Positions 38,315-47,964 of a DNA stretch of 64,000 bases are shown in pieces. This DNA is from Planctomycetota bacterium. GTDB lineage: Bacteria; Planctomycetota; B15-G4. Within the stretch, counting starts at the first letter, position 1. Every line of letters starts with the position of its first letter. The translations under genes and the position numbers were made by a program. Below the pieces are notes generated by a model, which was given only the letters and a program-made list of their open reading frames with translations, ran no database searches and was not told where the DNA came from. The stretch spans positions 47,657-111,656 of the forward strand of contig JAJDEO010000030.1 in NCBI GenBank assembly GCA_029259745.1, given 5' to 3'.

Positions 38315-39226
38315 ATGGCCGCCGCTGACCTGACCGACGAACACGAATCCGTGGTCGTGGTCTGGCGCGGCATGCCGGCCGAGCGCGCGCGCGAGATGAC
38401 GCTCGTCCTCGACGCCATCGGCATCCGCTGCGGACTCCAGCGCGTCGGGCTCGAGTCGTCCGTGATCGTCGCGGCCGCGGACGCTCAGCGCGCCCGCACG
38501 GCGCTCGAGGGCTATGCCCGCGAGAACGAGAGCTGGCCGCCGCCGCCCGACCAGACGGTCTCGGTCGTCGCGTCCGGCTGGCGCGCCGCAGTCGTCTACA
38601 TCGTCGTCATCGCGATCTTCCACCACCTGCGCCTGCGCTCGATCGGCGGGTTCGATTGGTGGTGGAACGGACAGACCCGCTCGATGCTGATCACGGACGG
38701 AGGCGAGTGGTGGCGCGTCGTGACATCGCTCTTCCTCCACGCCGACATCCAGCACCTCGTCGGCAACGCGCTCTTCGGGGCCCTGTTCGCCGTCTTCGTG
38801 AGTCAGCTCTACGGGGCCGGCTGGGCCTGGCTCGCGACGCTCTTCACGGGCGCGCTCGGCAACCTCACGAACGCCTACGTGCGCGGGCCGGGGCATGCCT
38901 CGATCGGCGCCTCGACGGCCGTGTTCGGGGCGCTCGGAATCGTCGTCGCCGCTGAGTGGGCTCGGCGCGGGCAACAAGCTCGGCCGCTGCGCCGCTGGGG
39001 GCCGCCGTTCCTGGGAGTCTGCCTGCTGGCCTTCCTCGGCACCGAGGGCGAGCGCACCGACGTCATGGCGCACGTGTGGGGCTTCGCCTGGGGACTCGCG
39101 CTCGGCCGCGTCATGGCCTCCGCCAAGCCGTCCCTCTCACCGCGCGCCGGCGTGCAGTGGGCGCTCGGCGGCGTCGTGTTCCTGATCGCCGCAGCGTGCT
39201 GGGTCCTGGCACTCAGCCCGCGCTGA
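38315..39226 (+). CDS. rhomboid family intramembrane serine protease
   Basis: WWRVVTSLFLHADIQHLVGN (HxxxN), GASTAVFGALG (catalytic Ser), HVWGFAWG (His). Start at 38315 or 38261. Confidence 0.85.
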   Translation: MAAADLTDEHESVVVVWRGMPAERAREMTLVLDAIGIRCGLQRVGLESSVIVAAADAQRARTALEGYARENESWPPPPDQTVSVVASGWRAAVVYIVVIAIFHHLRLRSIGGFDWWWNGQTRSMLITDGGEWWRVVTSLFLHADIQHLVGNALFGALFAVFVSQLYGAGWAWLATLFTGALGNLTNAYVRGPGHASIGASTAVFGALGIVVAAEWARRGQQARPLRRWGPPFLGVCLLAFLGTEGERTDVMAHVWGFAWGLALGRVMASAKPSLSPRAGVQWALGGVVFLIAAACWVLALSPR

Positions 39227-39532
39227 GGAAGCCGGCTCGACGGTTGTCCCGTGCGGCCATCCCGCGCAGCGCCTCGGTCTCGCCTTGCGACGCGGACGCA
39301 AAATCTCGAACGCGCGTCTTCGGTTCGCGCCTCAGCCACGCTCTGAAGAGTCCACTTGCTGTCACGATCAGGGAGCCGCGGAGCCGCGGGACGTGACCAG
39401 GAGTGGCCGGCTCACAGGGGTGTCCCTGGGGGAGGGACATGAGTTCCGGTGATCATGGCGAGGCTCCTCGGCATGGCATTCCACGGCACGCTCGCGTGCC
39501 CACATCCTCGTCCCCCCACCATCACTCACCGG

Positions 39533-39572
39533 CAGCGGGTCTCGGAGCCTTGGCCCCGAGGCCCGCTGTTTT
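39533..39572 (+). terminator. intrinsic terminator (13-bp stem plus TTTT) with no obvious gene to terminate
   Basis: CAGCGGGTCTCGG-10 nt-CCGAGGCCCGCTG followed by TTTT. It lies 307 nt downstream of the rhomboid stop in a 528-bp region with no credible ORF. Confidence 0.6.
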
Positions 39573-39600
39573 CATCGGTGCGGATGGTCATCGGTGCGGA
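39572..39600. repeat. tandem direct repeat TCATCGGTGCGGA x2 (3-nt spacer)
   Basis: The exact 13-mer occurs at 39572-39584 and 39588-39600, immediately after the terminator T-tract. Confidence 0.8.
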
Positions 39601-39702
39601 GCGATGACGACGCGGACGGAACCGCGCGGCGGGAACTTCGCCGCCTCGCTGTTCCCAACGGCAGCGACTCGCCTCGTCTCCAAGACGGCGCTCCGTGGTT
39701 CC

Positions 39703-39732
39703 GCTCAGCGTGCTCACGTGACACAGCTGAGC
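39703..39732 (-). terminator. possible hairpin after the metallophosphoesterase gene
   Basis: GCTCAGC...GCTGAGC 7-bp stem with extra inner pairs, 23 nt beyond the TAG stop. No U-tract. Confidence 0.3.
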
Positions 39733-39754
39733 TGCCAACGTGCGAAGCGTCGAG

Positions 39755-40894
39755 CTACCGAGCGCGACGCTCCCCGGCCTCGGGAAGCGCGCCGGCTGCG
39801 GGCACGACATCGACGATCACGACTTCGGGCGGACACAAGAACCGCAGACGCGGCGCCGCCCCGCGCTCCATGCCGATACCCTTCGAGACGATCAACGTCG
39901 CACCCGACGAGAGCCGCGTGAGAGCTCCGGCCGCCCAAGCACGCGGCACGCGTGACAGCGTCAGCAGCGGACCGATGATCGGGAGTTGCACCTGCCCGCC
40001 GTGCGTATGCCCGGCAATGAGCAAGTCGGCATCGACGTCGACGCTGAGCGCGAAGTTCGGACCGTGCCCGACGACGACGTGAAGCGGTGCGGAGTGCGGG
40101 CGAGCGACATGCGTGGTCGTGTTGTGTGACGTTTCGATCGGCAGCGTCGTCAAGAGGACGTCGTCGCGGATCTCGAACGTCTCCCGACCGGGCTTGGCCT
40201 CGATCGTCAGGCCGTCGAAGATGTCGGCCCAACGCGGCCCATCGATGTCGCCCTGCACGGCGAAGGCGCCGAGCGGCGCGTCGACCTCGAGTTCTTCGAA
40301 CAGCGCCGCCAGCTCACGCCCCAGACGAGCGTGCTTCTCGACCTCGACGGGTTCGCGCTTGTTCGACGTCTGGATGAAGTCGCCGGGCAGCAGCACGAGA
40401 TCGGGTTCGCTCGCCATGGCCCACTCGACGGCACGGCGTTCGTGCTCACCGATGACGTCGGTCTGGATGTCTGCGAGAACGGCGATGCGCAGCGGCTCAC
40501 GGAGGCGTGGCGACTCGACGGTGTAGCGCGTCAACTGCAGCCGTGACGGCTCGATGAGGAACGCATGGATGCCGATGCCGATGATGAGCGCCGCGACCGT
40601 CGCGCCGAACGCCGCCAGCGCGCTCTGCTCACGACGCACGACCCACGCCGCCGCGACGAGGAAGAGCGGCGAGTGCAGAAACACGGCGTAGGCCATGAGC
40701 CGCAGCCCGAAGAAGCCGCTGAACTCGGGCCGGAGCAGAAACGCCGAGGTGGCGAGGACGACGGCGGACCCGATCGTCGCGAGCGCGGCGACCACAACGA
40801 GACCGGCGCTCAGCTGCGCCCGGCGTCGATGGAGCTGCCGCACAACCCCGAACACGAGCAGCGCGACGACGAGGTTGTAGGCGGCGATGATCAC
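39755..40894 (-). CDS. membrane-anchored metallophosphoesterase-family protein with divergent metal-site motifs
   Basis: Four N-terminal TM segments. The PDLVLLPGD and IAGHTHGGQ motifs are present. The DxH position reads ADIQ and the GNHD/E position reads QGDID. Confidence 0.65.
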   Translation of the reverse strand: MIIAAYNLVVALLVFGVVRQLHRRRAQLSAGLVVVAALATIGSAVVLATSAFLLRPEFSGFFGLRLMAYAVFLHSPLFLVAAAWVVRREQSALAAFGATVAALIIGIGIHAFLIEPSRLQLTRYTVESPRLREPLRIAVLADIQTDVIGEHERRAVEWAMASEPDLVLLPGDFIQTSNKREPVEVEKHARLGRELAALFEELEVDAPLGAFAVQGDIDGPRWADIFDGLTIEAKPGRETFEIRDDVLLTTLPIETSHNTTTHVARPHSAPLHVVVGHGPNFALSVDVDADLLIAGHTHGGQVQLPIIGPLLTLSRVPRAWAAGALTRLSSGATLIVSKGIGMERGAAPRLRFLCPPEVVIVDVVPAAGALPEAGERRAR

Positions 40895-40966
40895 GGGGAG
40901 TCGAACCGGCCTGAAGCGGAAGGGATGTGCGTGGTCACGGTCGCGTCACGCGCCGGTGGGGCTATC

Positions 40967-41314
40967 ATGCCCGGCATGAAGCTGCGACACGACAGTCAGG
41001 GCGACAACGTCTACGTCACGCTCGAGGGCGATCTCTCCTCCGAGTCGTGCACGTGCCTGCGCAACTTCTGGGAGCTGCGCGTGGCACACCACCAGACGAT
41101 CGACGTCGAACTCGAAGACTCCGACACCGGCGACGGCCGCGGCATCGCCGAGCTGGCCGGCCTCGTGCAGCGCGCTCGCCACGCCGGCAAGCACGTCACG
41201 CTCCGCAATGCGCCGCAGATGCTCGCCCACACGCTCTACAAAGTCGGCGCGCTGCGCGGCGAGCACGGTGTCACGTTGATCGACCCGCGCGAAGAAGAGC
41301 CCGCTGCCTATTGA
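40967..41314 (+). CDS. STAS-domain-like protein (anti-sigma-antagonist fold)
   Basis: VYVTLEGDLSSES...IDVELEDSDTGDGRGIAELAGLV...VTLRNAPQMLAHTLYKVG is STAS-like. GGTGGGG RBS. Family assignment is tentative. Confidence 0.45.
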   Translation: MPGMKLRHDSQGDNVYVTLEGDLSSESCTCLRNFWELRVAHHQTIDVELEDSDTGDGRGIAELAGLVQRARHAGKHVTLRNAPQMLAHTLYKVGALRGEHGVTLIDPREEEPAAY

Positions 41315-41341
41315 TGCGCTGCGGAAACGCGACGCTGCGAC

Positions 41342-44300
41342 TCATCCGCTGTCACCACCGAGCCGTTGCGCGATCAGCTCCAGGAGACGAGCGACGTCGA
41401 CGGGCTTCGTGAGCACATCGTCCGCGATCACCGCAAGCTCCGCGCGTGGCGCACCGTCCGAGAAGCCTGTCAGCCCCAGGATGAGGACATCCTTGCCGCC
41501 TTTGCACTCCCGGATCTGTCGAGCCGCCTCCACGCCCGTCATCTCGACCAACGCGATGTCCATGATCACGATGTCGGCACCATGGCGCCCGAAGAGATCC
41601 AGAGCCTCGGGGCCATCGTGAGCGACGATCACCTCGGGTCCGTAAGACTCCAGGAGGATCGCGAGTGACGATGCAGCGTCGACGTTGTCGTCGACGACGA
41701 GAATTCGTCCCGACATGGTTCCTGACTCCACGCGCTTTTCACGCTTCGGACCGACCTCGGCGGGATGCGGCCCATCCGGGATCGTCAAGTTGAAAGAGCA
41801 GCCCTTTCCGATCCCCTCCGACGTGACGGATGCCCGTCCGCCGTGGAGCTCGACAATGCGTTTGACGAGTGTCAGCCCGATGCCGAGGCCGCCCTTGCCA
41901 CGCGCGAGCTGCGTGAAGGGCTCCCAGATCTCCTCGCACTGATCCGCGGACATGCCCATGCCCGTATCGGCGACATCGATCACAACCCCGTCGCCGACAC
42001 GCTCGGCATGCACGCGGATCCGGCTGTCCTCAGACGTGTGACGAATGGCGTTCGTCACGAGATTCGCGACGGCCTGGGTCAAGCGATCGGCATCACCCCA
42101 CACCAGCAGGTCGACAGGCTCGATGTCCACCTCGATCTCCTGCATGGCGCGTTCGACGTCCTGCCCCATGCGCACGCTGTCCATCAGCGATGCCATCGGC
42201 ACCCACGCCTTCTCGAGGTCGAGCTTCCCACGCACTGCGCGCGCTAGGTTCGTCAGATCATCGACGATGCGCTGCATCAACTCGACCTGGTTCTTGAGGA
42301 CACGATGCATGCGTTCGCGATCCTCAGCGTCGACCTTGCGCTCCGTGAGCACGTGCGTCGCGCTCTCGAGCGCCGTCAACGGGTTCCTGAGTTCGTGACC
42401 GAGAATGGCGAGGAACTCGTCCTTGCGACTCGAGAGCAGTTCACGCTCCCGCTCGAGTTCCTTCCGCAGTGTGATGTCGAAGTTGACACCGTACATGCGG
42501 CGGCTGCTCTCGCTGGCGTCGACGACGTGCCCACGGCTCTCGAGCCAGCGGACCGCCCCTGAATCCTGCACGATCCGGAACTCCGCGCGAAACTCCTCAT
42601 CGCTCTCGAGACTCGCCGCGATGGCCTCGTCGACGATGGGAACGTCCTCTTCGACGATATGCTCGAAGAACGCCTCCCGCGTCGGCTGCATGTTCGGCGG
42701 GCAGCCGAGCATCGCGCGCAGTCGGTCGTCCCACTCCACCTCATCGGTGTCGAGCCTCCATACCCACGCGCCCATGTTCGCGCCCGCGAGCGCGAGTTCG
42801 AGCTGCATCTCGCGCGCACGCGTCTCACTCTCGCTGCGGCGGAGAGCCGCGTCGCTGAGCGCGCGGTCGATGTGATGGGCGAGGATGTTCGCCACCGCCC
42901 GCAGGCCGCTGACTTCTTCGACTGAGAAGTGTCTCCGCTTCTTCGTATGGACACCGAGCACTCCCCAGTGTCCGCTGCTCGTTTCGATGGTGCAGCTCAT
43001 GCCACTGACGACACCATGCTCGGTCAAGAGCGCCGGCCCCGAGAAGCGCTTCTCCTTGCGCAGGTCGTCGACGACGATCGGCTCCATCTGCCCCAACGTG
43101 TACCCGGCCTGAGAGTCCGACTCGATCCCGACCATCGCCTCCCCGACCAGACCCGGTTTCCAACCGACACCCGCGCGGAGCAGCAATCGATTCTCCTCGG
43201 GGCGCAGCTCGAGCACCTTGGCGTACGGAATGTCCAAGACATCGGACAGCAGCTCCACAGCCTTCTGGAACACGGGCTGCAACTCGGTCGTCGGCCGACG
43301 CAGGACGTCGAGCCCGAGGTTCGCCACCATCGTCTGGGTGCGTTTGCTCCGACGCGTGCGCTCGAGTGCACGCGTCACCTGGGTGATGTCGTGGTAGATG
43401 ACGACGACGCCATCGATCATGTTCTGTTCGGTGCGATAAGGAAGCACGCGTCGCAGGAACACCGAGTCACCGATGGAGACCTCCGACTCGACGGGGCTGA
43501 GGTTGTCCAATACCTTCTGCGCTTCCTGGACGAGACCGTCGTCCGGGAACACTCTGTCGAGGCGCGCCACACTCTCGTGCATGTCGCGCTCACTGACGCC
43601 GAGCAGCGCTCCGGCATCGGGCGTGAACCGACGGAGGCGCAGCTCCATGTCGAGGAACAGCGTGGGAAGTCGCGTGCTCACGAGCAGATTGCGGAGGTCG
43701 TCATGAGCGACCTCGACCTCCTCGATCTTGTTCTTGAGCTGCACGTTCACCGTGCTGAGTTCTTCGTTGAGTGAGCGCAGCTCTTCCGAGGACGCCTCGA
43801 GCTCCTCGTTCGAGGACTGCAGCTCCTCGTTCATCGAGATCGACTCTTCGTTCGAGGCCTTGAGCTCCTCGTTGGCCGTCTCCAGCTCCTCGATCGTGGT
43901 GCGGAGATCTTGCTGCGTACGCACGAGCTCGTGCTCCATCTCGCGCAGTGTGCGATCGACGACCTGCGAGTCGTCATCGCTCATGCCCACCCGACTGGCG
44001 TGCTGATATTCCTCGAAGCTCACGGCGTAGACCTGCTCACCATCCGCGAATCTCTGCGGCGAGACACAGACGCGCACCTTCGCGACTTCGCTCACGTCGC
44101 CACCGTCGATCGCACCGATCACCTCGACGGGCTCGCTCTCGCGAGCAGCGCGATAGATCGCACCTCGAAGTCGCGTGCGGAGTTCGGGCGAGAGAACGGA
44201 GAGGAGGTCGGTGTTCATGGCTCCGCGAGGCCAGTGCAAGAACCGTTCGACGGCGCCATGGAGGTAGAGGATCTTGTAGTCGCGATCTACGATGACCGAC

Positions 44301-45973
44301 GGCGGGAGGAAGGCCTCGGCGAGACACTTCTCGGCCATCTCCACCATCGGCGTCTCCTGCCGGCGCGGCTCTGTCGGGCGATCCGCCGTACCTCGTAGCG
44401 AAGCAGTCGCCGGGAACACCAAGTCGTTCGCACCAGACCGACCGGAGCGACGGTAGATCCGATGGGTCTTCGACACCGTCTCGAAGAGGCCTGCGCGCCC
44501 TGAGGGCGTCTCCGACGTTCCCAGGAAGAGGATCCCACCGGGCTGGAGGGTGAAGTGGAACACGCCGAGCACGCGGCGCTGGACCTCGCGTCGCACGTAG
44601 ATCATGAGGTTCCGACAGCTCACGAGGTCGATGCGTGAGAACGGCGGGTCGGAGAGCAGGTCCTGCGTGGAGAACGACACCTTGTCGCGCAAGAAGCGCT
44701 TGACGGTGAACGTGTCGTTTCCGATGTCGAAGTAACGTGCCCGACGCGCTTCGGGGATCGATTCGAGGACGCTGATCGGATAGCGCCCGGCACGCGCGAC
44801 GGTCAGCGCGCTCTCGTCGATGTCGGTCGCGAAGACGTGCACGTCGCGCCGGTCATCGAGACGCCTCAACGCGTCCATGATGATCATCGCCAACGAGTAC
44901 GGCTCCTCACCCGTCGCGCAGCCCGGAACCCACACTCGCAACGGTCCGTCAGGATCCTTGCCTTCCAAAAGCTTGGGGATCACCTTGCGTTCCAGCACGT
45001 CGAACGCCTCGGGGTTCCGGAAGAACTCGGTGACCGAGATCATGAGGTCTCGCTTGAGACGCTCTGCCTCGACCTGGTCGCTGCGCAGGAGTTCCTCGTA
45101 GCCCGTCATGTCATCGACCGAGCGGAGGCCCATGCGGCGTTGGATCCGGCGCGTCACGGTTTTGAGCTTGTAGGCCTCGGCGTCGAAACGAGTTTGATGC
45201 TTGAGCGTCGCGAGAACCTGCCGCACCCCGTCCTCGGGATCGTCGACGTCGTTCTCCTCGCCCTCGAGGGATGCCGTCTGCAGCACGGGATTCTCGACGA
45301 AGTTGGCGATCACGTCGGGCATCTCTTCGATCGGGAGGACGAAGTCCACGACACCCGAGTTCGCGGCGCTCGCGGGCATGCCGTCGTGCGAGGCCGTCGA
45401 AGGCTCCTGCACCAGCGCGAGGCCACCCTTGGCCTTGATCGCACGCAGCCCGGCCGTTCCGTCCGATCCCGTCCCCGAGAGAACGATCCCCATCGCGCGG
45501 TGTCCGCGCTCCTCGGCCAACGATCGGAAGAGGTGATCGACGGCCAACCGCGCTCCGCGAACCGTCACGGGCGGGACGATCGTGAGCGCGTTGCGCTGGA
45601 GGCCCAGGAAGCCGTCGGGCGCGATCATGTAGACGTGATCGGGCTTGATGGTCGCACCGTCCGCGGCTTCGACGACCGGCATCCGCGTCGAGCTCGCGAG
45701 CAGCTCGGCCATCAAGCTCTCGTGCGACGGGTCGAGGTGCTGCACGAGGAGGAACGCGCATCCCGTATCGGTGGGGACGGCGTTCAAGAGCTGCCTGAAG
45801 GCGTCGAGCCCGCCCGCAGACGCACCGACACCGACCACGGGCACGAGCGCCTCGTCGTCGTCCGGCGCCTCGGGGTCGGAGCCCTTCTTCACTTGTTGGC
45901 TTCCCACGGCATCGATTCCTCGAGCGAGTCCAGCGAGACAGCTACACATCGACCTCCGCACCGCGCGCAGCAC
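41342..45973 (-). CDS. CheB methylesterase-CheR methyltransferase-PAS-coiled coil-GAF-PAS-HisKA-HATPase-REC hybrid sensor kinase
   Basis: VGVGASAGGLDAF (CheB). VWVPGCATGEEPYSLAM (CheR SAM site). NEEL-rich coil. H-box FLAILGHELRNPLTAL. G-boxes DTGMGM and GGLGIGL. REC ILVVDDN..VIMDIAL..LTKP. Start at 45973 (GTG) or 45949 (ATG). Confidence 0.9.
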   Translation of the reverse strand: MLRAVRRSMCSCLAGLARGIDAVGSQQVKKGSDPEAPDDDEALVPVVGVGASAGGLDAFRQLLNAVPTDTGCAFLLVQHLDPSHESLMAELLASSTRMPVVEAADGATIKPDHVYMIAPDGFLGLQRNALTIVPPVTVRGARLAVDHLFRSLAEERGHRAMGIVLSGTGSDGTAGLRAIKAKGGLALVQEPSTASHDGMPASAANSGVVDFVLPIEEMPDVIANFVENPVLQTASLEGEENDVDDPEDGVRQVLATLKHQTRFDAEAYKLKTVTRRIQRRMGLRSVDDMTGYEELLRSDQVEAERLKRDLMISVTEFFRNPEAFDVLERKVIPKLLEGKDPDGPLRVWVPGCATGEEPYSLAMIIMDALRRLDDRRDVHVFATDIDESALTVARAGRYPISVLESIPEARRARYFDIGNDTFTVKRFLRDKVSFSTQDLLSDPPFSRIDLVSCRNLMIYVRREVQRRVLGVFHFTLQPGGILFLGTSETPSGRAGLFETVSKTHRIYRRSGRSGANDLVFPATASLRGTADRPTEPRRQETPMVEMAEKCLAEAFLPPSVIVDRDYKILYLHGAVERFLHWPRGAMNTDLLSVLSPELRTRLRGAIYRAARESEPVEVIGAIDGGDVSEVAKVRVCVSPQRFADGEQVYAVSFEEYQHASRVGMSDDDSQVVDRTLREMEHELVRTQQDLRTTIEELETANEELKASNEESISMNEELQSSNEELEASSEELRSLNEELSTVNVQLKNKIEEVEVAHDDLRNLLVSTRLPTLFLDMELRLRRFTPDAGALLGVSERDMHESVARLDRVFPDDGLVQEAQKVLDNLSPVESEVSIGDSVFLRRVLPYRTEQNMIDGVVVIYHDITQVTRALERTRRSKRTQTMVANLGLDVLRRPTTELQPVFQKAVELLSDVLDIPYAKVLELRPEENRLLLRAGVGWKPGLVGEAMVGIESDSQAGYTLGQMEPIVVDDLRKEKRFSGPALLTEHGVVSGMSCTIETSSGHWGVLGVHTKKRRHFSVEEVSGLRAVANILAHHIDRALSDAALRRSESETRAREMQLELALAGANMGAWVWRLDTDEVEWDDRLRAMLGCPPNMQPTREAFFEHIVEEDVPIVDEAIAASLESDEEFRAEFRIVQDSGAVRWLESRGHVVDASESSRRMYGVNFDITLRKELERERELLSSRKDEFLAILGHELRNPLTALESATHVLTERKVDAEDRERMHRVLKNQVELMQRIVDDLTNLARAVRGKLDLEKAWVPMASLMDSVRMGQDVERAMQEIEVDIEPVDLLVWGDADRLTQAVANLVTNAIRHTSEDSRIRVHAERVGDGVVIDVADTGMGMSADQCEEIWEPFTQLARGKGGLGIGLTLVKRIVELHGGRASVTSEGIGKGCSFNLTIPDGPHPAEVGPKREKRVESGTMSGRILVVDDNVDAASSLAILLESYGPEVIVAHDGPEALDLFGRHGADIVIMDIALVEMTGVEAARQIRECKGGKDVLILGLTGFSDGAPRAELAVIADDVLTKPVDVARLLELIAQRLGGDSG

Positions 45974-46224
45974 GCGGAAGACTCATACGGCGGTCGGGGC
46001 GCACTCAGTCGCCCACCTCGGAGCGTGGAAACCTCGTCGAATGCGCTGATTCGCCTGAGTTTCCCCATCCCGACGAGAACAACCGGTCACGCACTGCTCA
46101 TCCGAAGCACTTCTTCAACACGCTGCTTGCCCCGGTAGATTCCCGAAAGCTCGCGATCGCGTCCAGAGAAACCACGCCCGTCGACTCGCACATGCAAGCG
46201 GGCCAGCACCCGGCGAGGGTCCCG

Positions 46225-47964
46225 TCAGAACAGCCCGATGATCTCGCCGTCGGCGTCGATGTCGATCTGCTCGGCGGCCGGGACGCGCGGCAACCCGGGC
46301 ATCGTCATGATGTCGCCGGTGAGCACGAGCACGAAGCCGGCACCGGCGCGCACCTCGACGTCGCGCAGCGGCACGTGGTGATGCCGCGGACGTCCCTTGA
46401 GATCCGGGTCGGTCGAGAGCGAGTACTGCGTCTTCGCCATGCAGATCGGCAGGCGGCCGTAACCTTCGCGCTCGAGGCGTCGGAAGCGCGCGCGCAGCTT
46501 CGTGTCGGCCACGATGTCTTCGGCGCCGTAGACCTTCTGCGCGATGCGCCGCACCTTCTCGAGCAGTGGCACGTCGTCTTCGTAGAGCAACCGGAACTGT
46601 GGCTCCTCTTCGTCGAGCAGGCGCTTGACCTCGCGCGCGAGGTCTTCGGCACCCTCGCCGCCGTGCTCCCAGTGCGTCGAGCGCACCACGCGAACGCCGA
46701 GTTCCTCCGCCGCCGCGTCGACGATCGCGAGTTCTTCCTCGGCGTCACCGACGAAGACGTTCAGGCCCACGCACAACGGCACGCCGAACTCGCGAATCGT
46801 CTCCACGTGCTTGGCGAGGTGGGCGATGCCCTTCGCGAGCGCCTTGTCGTCGCGCTCGGAGAGTTCCTTGGTGGACGCGCCGCCCTGCAGCTTCAGCGCA
46901 CGCACCGTCGCCACGATCACGACGGCGTCGGGTTCGAAGCCGGCCTTGCGGCACTTGATGTTCATGAACTTCTCGGCGCCGAGGTCGGCACCGAAACCGG
47001 CTTCCGTGACGACGACATCCGAGAGGCCGAGCGCGACGCGCGTCGCGATGATCGAGTTGCAGCCGTGGGCGATGTTGCCGAACGGGCCGCCATGCACGAG
47101 CGCGGGGTTGTTCTCGAGGGTCTGCACGAGGTTCGGCGAGAACGCGTCGCGCAGCAACGCCACCATCGCTCCCTGCACACCGATCTCGGAGGCCACGACC
47201 GAGCGACGGTCGTACGTCTGGCCGATGACGATCGCACCGAGGCGCGTGCGCAGGTCGTCGAGCGTCTCGGCGAGGCAGAAGATCGCCATCACCTCCGAGG
47301 CCGCCGTGATCTCGAAGCCCGTCTCGCGCGGCATCGCGTTGCCGACGCCACCGAGACCGATGACGATGTCACGCAGCGCGCGTTCGTTGAGGTCGATCGT
47401 GCGCTTCCACGTGATCCGGCGCGGGTCGATGCCGAGCGAGTTGCCCTGGTGGATGTGGTTGTCGATCGCCGCCGCGAGCAGGTTGTGCGCGAGGCCGATC
47501 GCGTGGAAGTCGCCGGTGAAGTGGAGGTTGATGTCCTCCATCGGGATCACCTGGGCCTTGCCGCCGCCCGCCGCGCCGCCCTTCATGCCGAAACACGGGC
47601 CGAGCGAGGGTTCGCGCAGACAGATCGTCGTCCGCGTGCCGATCCGGTTGAGACCGTCACCCAAGCCCACCGTGGTGGTCGTCTTGCCTTCGCCGGCCTT
47701 CGTGGGGTTGATCGCCGTGACGAGCACGAGCTTGCCGGTCTGCGAGCGCTGGGTCGCCAGGCGCGCGACGGCCGAGCGCGTGATCTTGGCCTTGTCGCGG
47801 CCGTAGGGCTCGATGTCGTCGGGCTCGAGGCCGAGCTTCTCGGCGATCGTGGCGATGGGCGCGGGAGTCGCCGCGCGGGCGATCTCGATGTCGGAGGGCC
47901 AGGTGGGCGGGTCGGCGTCGGACAAGGGGTGCGATCCGGTCGGAGGGAGAGACGGGCGGGACAT
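46225..47964 (-). CDS. fhs: formate--tetrahydrofolate ligase
   Basis: Start reset to MSRPSLPP. INPTKAGEGKTTTTVGL P-loop. The long colinear conserved FTHFS sequence ends in GEIIGLF. Confidence 0.95.
   Translation of the reverse strand: MSRPSLPPTGSHPLSDADPPTWPSDIEIARAATPAPIATIAEKLGLEPDDIEPYGRDKAKITRSAVARLATQRSQTGKLVLVTAINPTKAGEGKTTTTVGLGDGLNRIGTRTTICLREPSLGPCFGMKGGAAGGGKAQVIPMEDINLHFTGDFHAIGLAHNLLAAAIDNHIHQGNSLGIDPRRITWKRTIDLNERALRDIVIGLGGVGNAMPRETGFEITAASEVMAIFCLAETLDDLRTRLGAIVIGQTYDRRSVVASEIGVQGAMVALLRDAFSPNLVQTLENNPALVHGGPFGNIAHGCNSIIATRVALGLSDVVVTEAGFGADLGAEKFMNIKCRKAGFEPDAVVIVATVRALKLQGGASTKELSERDDKALAKGIAHLAKHVETIREFGVPLCVGLNVFVGDAEEELAIVDAAAEELGVRVVRSTHWEHGGEGAEDLAREVKRLLDEEEPQFRLLYEDDVPLLEKVRRIAQKVYGAEDIVADTKLRARFRRLEREGYGRLPICMAKTQYSLSTDPDLKGRPRHHHVPLRDVEVRAGAGFVLVLTGDIMTMPGLPRVPAAEQIDIDADGEIIGLF

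Noticed and set aside
39403-39921. 172-aa plus-strand ORF in the gene-free region after the rhomboid gene.
   Set aside because: It is a Pro/Arg/Ser/His-rich junk-like sequence. It reads through a strong intrinsic terminator and overlaps the 3' end of the convergent metallophosphoesterase gene.
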